64,000 nt of DNA from Anaerohalosphaeraceae bacterium (GTDB taxonomy: Bacteria; Planctomycetota; Phycisphaerae; Sedimentisphaerales; Anaerohalosphaeraceae), in the NCBI GenBank assembly GCA_050309605.1, contig JBNRMN010000003.1:1-64000 (forward strand). The letters are read 5' to 3'. Shown here in pieces: positions 31,184 through 39,229 of the stretch. The notes under the pieces are model-generated. The model saw nothing but the letters and a program-made list of their open reading frames with translations, made no database searches and was not told the DNA's origin. How positions within the stretch are numbered: the stretch's first letter is position 1; each line of letters opens with the position of its first letter. A program made the position numbers and the translations under genes.

Positions 31184-32440
31184 TCAATCCTCGGTTTGCT
31201 TTGGTTCTGCCGCATCCGACTGATCATCAACAACACGGGCCCCCATGGCCCCCGTCGCCTCCGACGGCATCTGGTCGCCGCTGATCGGCTGAATCGGCAT
31301 ACCCGGCCGGGCGATATGAAACCCGCCAATAATGAATGTCTCACTGCCGTCTAATCCATCCGTGACCAAACGCAGCGAACCGTAACTGGTGCCAAGTTGA
31401 ATATCACGTCGCTGGAGCGTATTGTCCTGGTCAACGATCAGCACATATTTACCGCTCAAATCGGTATGCACCGCCTGTTCTGAAATCAACACCGCGTTCT
31501 TACGCTGCCGTACCGGCAGACTGACCCGCACGAACATCCCCGGCAACAGCGAGCCATCCTCATTGGCCAGTCGGCCGCGAATATAGACCGTACCGGTACG
31601 CGGATCAACGGTATTGTCCAGAAAATCAACCACTCCCTCATACGGATACCCATCCTGATTGGGCAGTCCGACTTGAACGGTCATTGGTTTCACATCATCA
31701 CCGCCCTGAAGCCGGCGCAGCAGATCACCTTCAAGCAGATGCTCACTGATATAAAAAAATACATACATCGGATCAACCTGCCGAACTGTGGTCAAGACGG
31801 TACGATCCAATGCGCCGACCAGATTGCCCACGTCCACCAGCCGCCGACCGATGCGACCGGTAATGGGACTGCGAATCGCGGTATAACTGAGATTCAGCTC
31901 GGCCATCTCCAGCGCGGCCTGAGCGCCAAGCACCTGCGCCTGCGCCGTGTCGTAGGCGGCCTGAGCGCGGGTCAGTTCCTGACGGCTGACCGAACCGCTG
32001 CTGACGGCCTTTTGGATACGCTCCAAATCTTCCTCCGCTCGCTTTAATTCGGTTTGGGCGGCGTTCAATGCCGATAAGGCCTCATCGCGACGGGAGCGAT
32101 AAATATCCGGCTCAATCGTAAACAACAACTGATCCCTTTCGACCAGACTGCCGTCGGTAAAGTGAATCTGCTCAAGATAGCCTTCCACACGAGCACGAAT
32201 CTCAACTACATTGACCGCCTCGGTCGTGCCGGTAAACTCCAGAAAGTCGGTAACATCTTTAATGGTGCATTCATCGACCGGCAGCGGGACCGGACCCTCT
32301 GTTCCGCCGCCGGCGGCATACTGAGCGATCATTTCCATGACGCCTTGCCGCATAGTCCAGTACCAGTAGCCTCCAAATCCCAAGCCGCCGACAATCAAAA
32401 TCAGAATCAGCCAAATAATAATTTTCTTCAATATCGCCAT
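31184..32440 (-). CDS. RND membrane fusion protein
   Basis: VEIRARVEGYL, YTAIRSPITGRIG, DNTVDPRTGT, LLPGMFV. Confidence 0.93.
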   Translation of the reverse strand: MAILKKIIIWLILILIVGGLGFGGYWYWTMRQGVMEMIAQYAAGGGTEGPVPLPVDECTIKDVTDFLEFTGTTEAVNVVEIRARVEGYLEQIHFTDGSLVERDQLLFTIEPDIYRSRRDEALSALNAAQTELKRAEEDLERIQKAVSSGSVSRQELTRAQAAYDTAQAQVLGAQAALEMAELNLSYTAIRSPITGRIGRRLVDVGNLVGALDRTVLTTVRQVDPMYVFFYISEHLLEGDLLRRLQGGDDVKPMTVQVGLPNQDGYPYEGVVDFLDNTVDPRTGTVYIRGRLANEDGSLLPGMFVRVSLPVRQRKNAVLISEQAVHTDLSGKYVLIVDQDNTLQRRDIQLGTSYGSLRLVTDGLDGSETFIIGGFHIARPGMPIQPISGDQMPSEATGAMGARVVDDQSDAAEPKQTED

Positions 32441-32454
32441 AAACCCTGTCCTTA

Positions 32455-33891
32455 TCAAAATGAGTCCTGTTGATTGTTCTGCACATCCCAGCCGCCGCCA
32501 AGTGCCTTGTACAGCGCAATGGTCTGCTGTATAATCTGGCCCTCGCTGACAGCCAGCCGATCTTCCTGCTGCGACAGCGACCGCTGCACATCGAGTACAT
32601 TTTGGAAATTGGTCAGCCCATTGCGATACAGTGTTTCGACTTTCTCAAGCGAATCGCGCGCCGCCTGGACCGACCGCCTCAGCGCTGCGGCCCGCTGCTG
32701 TTCCTGAACCAAACCGACCAGGGCGTTTTCCACCTCTTCCACGGCCCGCAGCACGGTCGCCTCATACGCCGCGGCAAGCTGTTTCGTACGGGCTTCTTCA
32801 ACCGCCGCCAGACTGCGCAGACGATTGCCGTCGAACAACGTCCACCGTACCTGGGGACCAAAACCAAACGTCCGGCTCGACCAATTACCTATATCCGAAA
32901 ACTGCAATGCTTCCACTCCCAGTGTTCCGGCCAGCGAAAATGACGGATACCGCTGCGCCTCGGCCAGTCCGATGCGCGCCGTCTGCGCCGCCAGCGCCCG
33001 CTCGGCGCTGCGGATATCGGGACGACGGCGCAGCAGCTCGGCCGGCAGTCCGGCTCTCAACGGCGTCTGGAGCTCCGGCAGCGTACCCGGCTCAAGCAGT
33101 TTGGTTCTCAGGGTGTGGGGCGTAGTACCCACCAGCACCGCCAGCCGATTGATCGCCGCAGTCTCGGCAATTCGAAGCGAGGGGATTTCCGACTCGGTAT
33201 TGGCCAGAATCAGTTGTGCCTGGACCACATCCAGCTCCGGTGCGATCTCGGCGGCGTAGCGGTTTTGGGTCAGCTCAAGCATTTTGCGCTGAATGTCAAC
33301 ATTGGCCGCGGCATAGTGAAGCCGTGCCTGAGCCGTGCGAAGTTCAATATAATTTCGCGCCACCTCGGCGCGTAAGCTCAAACGAACATCGTGATAATCC
33401 TCCACGCTTTGTTCCAGAGCCGCCTGAGCCGACTCCACCGTCCGACGAATCCGACCAAACAAGTCCAGCTCCCAGAAGGCATCAAATCCGGCGGTGTAAA
33501 GGCTGTGTTCGCCCCCGATCGCCGTCATCCCGTTGGCACTGGAACGAGTGCGGATATAGCCGCCGGTCGCGTCCACCGCCGGCCATTGCTCGCCGGCAGC
33601 GTAGGCGCGCTGCGCTCGGGACTGCTCAATCCGCGCCACGGCCGCCTGCAAGTCCAGGCTGCCTTCATCGGCCCGGGCAATCAGATCGGTCAACACCGGG
33701 TCCTCAAAGGCCGTCCACCACTGCTCCAGGGCCGCCACATCAACCGGCTCGGTCGGCGCCGTACCGCTCCACTGCTGCGGCAGTTCCATCTCCGGCCGCT
33801 CATAATCCGGCCCAACCGTGCAGCCGACCACGGCCAGCAGTGCCAGCCCGGCCACGCCCGGTCCGCATAAAGACTTCAAAGAGTTCAACAT
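32455..33891 (-). CDS. NodT/OprM-family outer-membrane efflux lipoprotein
   Basis: VVGCTVGPDYERP lipobox, WELDLFGR, LLRRRPDI, LYKALGGGW. Confidence 0.95.
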   Translation of the reverse strand: MLNSLKSLCGPGVAGLALLAVVGCTVGPDYERPEMELPQQWSGTAPTEPVDVAALEQWWTAFEDPVLTDLIARADEGSLDLQAAVARIEQSRAQRAYAAGEQWPAVDATGGYIRTRSSANGMTAIGGEHSLYTAGFDAFWELDLFGRIRRTVESAQAALEQSVEDYHDVRLSLRAEVARNYIELRTAQARLHYAAANVDIQRKMLELTQNRYAAEIAPELDVVQAQLILANTESEIPSLRIAETAAINRLAVLVGTTPHTLRTKLLEPGTLPELQTPLRAGLPAELLRRRPDIRSAERALAAQTARIGLAEAQRYPSFSLAGTLGVEALQFSDIGNWSSRTFGFGPQVRWTLFDGNRLRSLAAVEEARTKQLAAAYEATVLRAVEEVENALVGLVQEQQRAAALRRSVQAARDSLEKVETLYRNGLTNFQNVLDVQRSLSQQEDRLAVSEGQIIQQTIALYKALGGGWDVQNNQQDSF

Positions 33892-33953
33892 TGGTTAATC
33901 CTTTTCACTATAAACACACCACAGGCTGCCTTCAAACCTCTTGTGCCCCGATT

Positions 33954-34562
33954 TCACCCGTTGGACGGCGACAAATACACGCGAAACATCTTCAGCAATG
34001 ACGCCGCCTCGCGCTGCGGGTCAAAGTCGCCCAGTTCAGGCACCATACACAGCGTCCCGATCATGGCACGCTGGAAAAAATCAGCCGCTTTTTTCGGATT
34101 GACCGCCTTAAAAAGGCCGTCCTCGGCTCCCTTTTGAATGATGCTTGACATCAGCACCTTTTCCCGATTGACATGGTCGTGTTTGACAGCCATATCGATC
34201 TTGCAATAGACTTGTGCCTGATCCAAAAAACGAAAATACGCGATATTTCGTGAAAAAAACGTAAATGTCGCTTCCAAAAGAGCATACAACTTTTTGGCCG
34301 GCGTCTTGGCCGCCCCGACAGCCTCGCGCTGATGATGGCGAATCTGATCAAAGAGCCGAACCGCGGTGTAAACCAGCAAGGCGTCTTTGTCCTTGAAATA
34401 GTTATACAACGTCCCTGTTCCAATGCCGGCCGCCGCCGCCACCCGCTGCACGGTTAATTTCTCAAGTCCATATTTTTTAAGGACTTCAAGCACCGCCGCA
34501 TACGCCGACTCCCGAATATACTGCTCTGTAAATGCCTGTCGTTTTTGGGATAATTGTCCCAT
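33954..34562 (-). CDS. TetR/AcrR-family regulator
   Basis: HTH LTVQRVAAAAGIGTGTLYNYFKDKDAL; heads the RND operon. Confidence 0.95.
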   Translation of the reverse strand: MGQLSQKRQAFTEQYIRESAYAAVLEVLKKYGLEKLTVQRVAAAAGIGTGTLYNYFKDKDALLVYTAVRLFDQIRHHQREAVGAAKTPAKKLYALLEATFTFFSRNIAYFRFLDQAQVYCKIDMAVKHDHVNREKVLMSSIIQKGAEDGLFKAVNPKKAADFFQRAMIGTLCMVPELGDFDPQREAASLLKMFRVYLSPSNG

Positions 34563-34583
34563 AGATTCACCTTATCTGTAATA

Positions 34584-34627
34584 AATGAATGGCCGTTCAC
34601 CGTAATGAACAACGGTTCACAAGTCAA
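34584..34627 (-). promoter_or_regulatory. tetR promoter with two tandem operators
   Basis: TGAA-N6-TTCA at 34586-34599 and 34606-34619 (20-bp period), overlapping minus-strand TTGACT-N17-TACGGT. Confidence 0.7.
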
Positions 34628-34796
34628 GAAAAAAATGGTGGAATTTGAATGCTGCTTGCCTTGAGATTTTCGGTGGACAGCAAGATAAGTGTAGAAATAC
34701 GGGTAATTTTGGTATTTTTCCGGCCCCAAAACCGGTATCATCAACCCGCAGACAATTTAGTATGGATGTGAAAACTTTGGGTCAGGAGACAAAGCA

Positions 34797-37238
34797 ATGG
34801 CAGGACAGCGGCTTCGGGACTATCTGAAGGCGGGTAAATTTGCAGTTACAGCCGAGCTGACCAGCGGGCCGGGCTATCAGGTTGGACCGTTTGTTCAGTT
34901 CCTGAAGGACTGGCAAACATCGGACAAACAAATGCCGCAGGGGTTCCACTTTGCCGGCATCACATTCCCCCAAAACCCCGGCGGCGCGGCCAATCTCGAT
35001 CCGGCCGACGCCCTGGCGGTGATGGCCGCTGACGGACTGCTGGACGGCCTGGACTATATCCCCCATATCAGCTGCAAAGACAGCAATACCGATGCGCTGA
35101 TCAGTACACTGGTCGGCTACCGCACGCGCGGCATCGAAAGCGTGCTGGCCCTGACCGGCGATAAACCGCTGACGGCCAAGGGCGTCTTCGAGGTCGAATC
35201 GGTCGGCCTGCTGGCGATGATTCAGAAACTCAATCGCGACGCGCTGCTCAAGGCCAAATCCGGCCAATGGGACGCCGTGCATCGCTTTTTTGCCGGGGCG
35301 GCGGTTTCGCCGTTCAAGTACACCGAGGCCTCGCTGATGCAGCAGTACTATAAAATGGAAAAAAAAATCGCCGCCGGAGCGCAGTTTCTTATTACCCAGG
35401 TCGGCTGGGACTGGAAAAAGTCCGTCGAGCTGATGCGCTACCTGAAGGACAACGCCATCGACACCCCGGTCATCGGGAATGTCTATTGGCTGACCACCCG
35501 CACACCGGCGCCGCGGCTGATGCACGACATCAAGCTGCCCGGCTGTTACGTCAGCGACGCCCTGCTGGCTCGACTGCAATCCGAAAGCGTTGATGAGCAC
35601 ATTGAACGCGCCGCCCAGCAGACCGCCATGTACAAGGCCATCGGGGCCGCAGGCGTGGACATCGGCGGTGTTCACGACGTTGAGATTTTTATGCGCATCC
35701 TCAATCGAGCCGCCGAAATCGGCGATCAGTGGGAACAATACAAAGACAACCTCTGCTGGCCCGCTGAAAAGGCGTTCTATCTGTATGACGACAACGGCAA
35801 ACAGACGGCGTTATCGGCGCCGAAGAAAAAATGCAACGAACGGTTCTTTAACCTCATGCACCGGGCGATTTTGGACCCGACGTATTGCGGTTTTCGGGCG
35901 TTTCGGGCAACGCTGCGGGCGTTTCGAGCCGACCGCGACGGCAGTTTCAGCAACAAGGCCTTTAACGGGATCGAAAAACCGATCAAGTACTGGCTGTTCG
36001 AATGCGAAGAATGCGGCGATTGCTACTTGCCCGAAAACTTCAGCTATTGTACAATCGGCGGCTGTGAAAAAGGGCTGGACAATGCCCCGTGCGGCGATGC
36101 CACGGTTGACGGCCGGTGCGGCAATAACCTTGAACGGCTGTGTATCGGCGAAAAAATTTATGATTCCGCCGCCGCTGAACCGAACGGGCGCCAGACACTG
36201 CGCCGGCAGATTAACCGCCCGCGCAAGCCGGAACTGGAACATACCAGTTCGATTATTAATTATCTGTTTGGAAAGGATCATACGATGACAACACCGCTGC
36301 TCGGCATCGGTGAGGCCATTCACGCCTCAATTCCGAAAACAGGACAGGTGATGCGCGAGCTGGACGCCCTCGGCCCGGACGCCTATACCGCCTCCAGCGG
36401 TCCGCTGGATTATATCCGCGCCCTGATTGAACAGCAGGCCGACGACGGAGCCGCTTATATCGCCGTCAACCTGGACGCCTTCGGCGAGACCGATCCGCAG
36501 CGGGCGGTGAAGATGATGGTGCAGTACGCCCGTCTCGTACGCCGCTGGGGCAAAGGCGTGCCGCTGTGCGCAGACAGCAGCAACGACGATGTGCTCAAGG
36601 CCGGCCTGAAGGAATGGTACAATACCGATCAGGCCGTCAAGCCGCCGCTGTTGAACTCGATCAAGGTCTATACCGCCGATGCGATGATGCCGCTGAAAAA
36701 GGAATACGACTTTGCCTTCATCGGGCTGCTGGTCAGTGAAGACAAACCCACCGGCCCCGGCGGTTCGCATTCGGTTGAGGAATTGGTCAGTCTGGCCAAA
36801 ACCCTGTTCGACAAGGCGATGCAGCACGGCTTTAAGCCTCACGAGATATTCTTTGACTCGACCGTCTTCCCGATCGCCATTGATATGCCGATGGAGCCGG
36901 GCGTGCCGGGGTACACCTATCGGGCGTTTGAAACCATCAAACGCATCAAGAATGATCCGCAGATGAAAGATTGCCACTGTTCGCTGGGCATCAGCAACTG
37001 CTGCCGCGACCTGCCGGGACGCAAGATCGGCATCTGCCGTGCCTATGTCGCCAAGGCGATGGAATACGGACTGGACGCCGGCATCGTCAACACCGCCCAC
37101 CGCTACGGCGAAAAAGACCCCGACCCGGAACTGGTCAAGCTCATCGACGCCTATGCCAAACTGGACGGCTCACCGGAACGACTCAACGAGGCGATGACGC
37201 TGATGGGCCAATTTTGCGCCGCGACGCGAAAAGCCTGA
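34797..37238 (+). CDS. Fusion: MetF-like methylene-THF reductase + MetV-like Cys cluster + pterin-binding (AcsE/MetH-type) methyltransferase domain
   Basis: N-terminal PHISCKDSN, LALTGD, KKIAAGAQFLITQ. Middle CEECGDC..CTIGGCEKGLDNAPCG..GRC..C. C-terminal IGEAIHASIP, DSSN, LLNSI, FDSTVFPIA, LGISN, GLDAGIVN. CAGGAG RBS. Confidence 0.85.
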   Translation: MAGQRLRDYLKAGKFAVTAELTSGPGYQVGPFVQFLKDWQTSDKQMPQGFHFAGITFPQNPGGAANLDPADALAVMAADGLLDGLDYIPHISCKDSNTDALISTLVGYRTRGIESVLALTGDKPLTAKGVFEVESVGLLAMIQKLNRDALLKAKSGQWDAVHRFFAGAAVSPFKYTEASLMQQYYKMEKKIAAGAQFLITQVGWDWKKSVELMRYLKDNAIDTPVIGNVYWLTTRTPAPRLMHDIKLPGCYVSDALLARLQSESVDEHIERAAQQTAMYKAIGAAGVDIGGVHDVEIFMRILNRAAEIGDQWEQYKDNLCWPAEKAFYLYDDNGKQTALSAPKKKCNERFFNLMHRAILDPTYCGFRAFRATLRAFRADRDGSFSNKAFNGIEKPIKYWLFECEECGDCYLPENFSYCTIGGCEKGLDNAPCGDATVDGRCGNNLERLCIGEKIYDSAAAEPNGRQTLRRQINRPRKPELEHTSSIINYLFGKDHTMTTPLLGIGEAIHASIPKTGQVMRELDALGPDAYTASSGPLDYIRALIEQQADDGAAYIAVNLDAFGETDPQRAVKMMVQYARLVRRWGKGVPLCADSSNDDVLKAGLKEWYNTDQAVKPPLLNSIKVYTADAMMPLKKEYDFAFIGLLVSEDKPTGPGGSHSVEELVSLAKTLFDKAMQHGFKPHEIFFDSTVFPIAIDMPMEPGVPGYTYRAFETIKRIKNDPQMKDCHCSLGISNCCRDLPGRKIGICRAYVAKAMEYGLDAGIVNTAHRYGEKDPDPELVKLIDAYAKLDGSPERLNEAMTLMGQFCAATRKA

Positions 37239-37285
37239 GACCGGGGTGAAGCCAGCCTTTCGGAACGTTGGCCTCGCATTTACTT

Positions 37286-37939
37286 TTAAGACGGTTTGGC
37301 GTGTCGCCCAATCAGCCAGTCGCACCAGGTGTCAAACCCCTGTCCGGTTTCAGCAGAGACCTGCAAAATCGATGCATCAGGATTGACAGCCTGAATATCG
37401 GCCAGCACCCGCTCCAACCGAAACGGGATATAGTCCATCAGGTCAATCTTGTTGATGAGCACCACATCCACTCCCGCAAACGTCCCGGGATATTTGGCGG
37501 GCTTGTCGTCGCCTTCCGGCACACTCAACAGCACCACCCGCCCCGATTCGCCCAGATCAAAGGCGGACGGACACACCAAATTTCCTACATTTTCGATAAA
37601 AATAATATCTTTTGAGGCCGCATCCATCGCTTTCAGGGCCGTGGCAACCTGCTCGGCGCTGAGATGGCAGGCCCCCTGCGTTTCGATCTGAACCGCCTCA
37701 GCACCGGTTTCCCGAATCCGTTGGGCATCGTGATCGGTACGGATGTCGCCTTCGATCACCGCCATGTGCAATCGATCGTGCAGCCGCCGGATGGTCCGGG
37801 CCAGCAGCGTCGTCTTGCCCGAACCGGGCGAGGAAATCACATTCAGACACAAAATGCCGTTTTCAGCAAAAAAGGCTCGATTTTTTTGGGCAAATTGGTC
37901 GTTTCGACTCAAAATCTTCTGATTCAATGAAACTTTCAT
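37286..37939 (-). CDS. hypB: HypB-like nickel-insertion GTPase
   Basis: SSPGSGKT, VIEGD, GACHL, ENVGNLVCP..FDLGE, EGDDKPAKYP, NKIDL. Confidence 0.92.
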   Translation of the reverse strand: MKVSLNQKILSRNDQFAQKNRAFFAENGILCLNVISSPGSGKTTLLARTIRRLHDRLHMAVIEGDIRTDHDAQRIRETGAEAVQIETQGACHLSAEQVATALKAMDAASKDIIFIENVGNLVCPSAFDLGESGRVVLLSVPEGDDKPAKYPGTFAGVDVVLINKIDLMDYIPFRLERVLADIQAVNPDASILQVSAETGQGFDTWCDWLIGRHAKPS

Positions 37940-37968
37940 ACCGGTTCCGTCTTTGTTGTCCCTACTTG

Positions 37969-38985
37969 CTATACGATTAACTCATTGCCGACTTTACGGG
38001 CACGCTGCGGTTTGTCAAGGTTGATGTTCAGTGCCATACCGATTTCGACCAGCAGATTCCAGCCCGCACACAGGAACACATACGGATTCAGCGCCCCGGC
38101 ATCCGGCACGCGGATTGTCTCAAAACGGGTATCGCGAGCGGCAATGGCCACGACCTTCAGCCCGACGCCCTTGACGAGTACGTCCTCAAATTTTTCTTCC
38201 TCATCGGCAATCGGATCGACCACAAATACCACATCCTGCGGGTCCATCACCTCTTCGATGCCGTGAACGGCGTAGGTTCCTTCGAGAAAGTCGCTCTTTT
38301 TGCGGGTAATCTCGTTGGTCTTGAGCGTCAATTCCTCGGCCACCCCGTCATTGTAGCCGGCAAAATAGATCGTCGGCGCTGCGGCGGCAGCCTTGACGAT
38401 CGCGGCCTCAATCGGCAGCGTCAGGGCGGTTTCGATCTTGTCCGCCAGCGCCGCACAGGCCAAGGCGTCAATCGACCCGTCGATGTGCCTTACGATGGAC
38501 TCGTAAAAGAGCGCCTGTTCGACGACGCTTTTCGTCGCTGCGACCGCCTGCTCCCAGCCGCATGTCAGGACAAATGTTTGCGTGCAGGCCTCCTCCAGCA
38601 GCGTGCCGGCATTGGCCGTCAGTCCAAATCGATTGGCGTTGCCCGACTCGGCCAGTTTTTTCGCCAGCAGCACCACTTCCTTCGTCCGACCCGAATTGGA
38701 CGCGCAGAACACCGCAAACTTCGACAGATCGTATTGAAACGCCTGCCGCGAACCTTCGGTGTGCAGACTCACATCCAGCCCCCGCGTCAGCGCTTTGCGA
38801 ATCGCGTTCTTGGCCGGGAAAATGCGGCTGGACCCCTCGCCGGTCATCAGCAGCCGACCGACCGAAGCGACCCGAGCGGCCGCGTCCTTGGCCTGTTCGC
38901 GGTCAAATTCCCTGACAATGCCGACCGTCTCCATCATCTCCTGTACCAACGCATACTGTGCGTATCTTTGATCCTGTGTGTTCAT
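37969..38985 (-). CDS. Double-SIS sugar-phosphate isomerase/deaminase-like protein (GlmS isomerase module without glutaminase)
   Basis: TGEGSS, SNSGRTKE, EQAVAATKS, EELTLKTNE, C-terminal LDKPQRARKVGN. GAGGG RBS. Confidence 0.8.
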   Translation of the reverse strand: MNTQDQRYAQYALVQEMMETVGIVREFDREQAKDAAARVASVGRLLMTGEGSSRIFPAKNAIRKALTRGLDVSLHTEGSRQAFQYDLSKFAVFCASNSGRTKEVVLLAKKLAESGNANRFGLTANAGTLLEEACTQTFVLTCGWEQAVAATKSVVEQALFYESIVRHIDGSIDALACAALADKIETALTLPIEAAIVKAAAAAPTIYFAGYNDGVAEELTLKTNEITRKKSDFLEGTYAVHGIEEVMDPQDVVFVVDPIADEEEKFEDVLVKGVGLKVVAIAARDTRFETIRVPDAGALNPYVFLCAGWNLLVEIGMALNINLDKPQRARKVGNELIV

Positions 38986-39044
38986 GTGTGCCCTCATTTC
39001 TGCAATAGTTTGAATTTGGTTAATGATTTCAGCAAATTCTCTTT

Positions 39045-39229
39045 CGCCCCGAAGGGGCAATATAAACCAGCCCAGGGCAACGCCCTATCGGGCGGCTCGC
39101 GCCGCCGCGCTGTTGTAATGTGCTCCCCTCCTTACCAAGGAGGGGATGTCCTGCGTCAGCAGGACAGGGGTGGTTGCGTCATTCACAGCGCTACGCCCCA
39201 TCGGGCGGCTCGCGCCGCCGCGCTGTTGT
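39045..39229. repeat. Composite REP-like palindromic element cluster
   Basis: GCCCCGAAGGGGC, AGCCCAGGGCAACGCCCT, an exact 30-nt direct repeat (39087-39116 = 39200-39229), CCCCTCCTT-ACC-AAGGAGGGG, TGTCCTGC-GTCA-GCAGGACA. Confidence 0.8.

Noticed and set aside
34797..37939. Wood-Ljungdahl gene cluster (AcsE-like domain, MetFV, Ni chaperone)
   Set aside because: No acsA/B/C/D, fhs or folD in the window; hypB is convergent and belongs to another transcription unit.
39087..39229. 30-nt direct repeat as a mini CRISPR array
   Set aside because: Only two copies, an 83-nt self-palindromic spacer, and no cas genes or leader.
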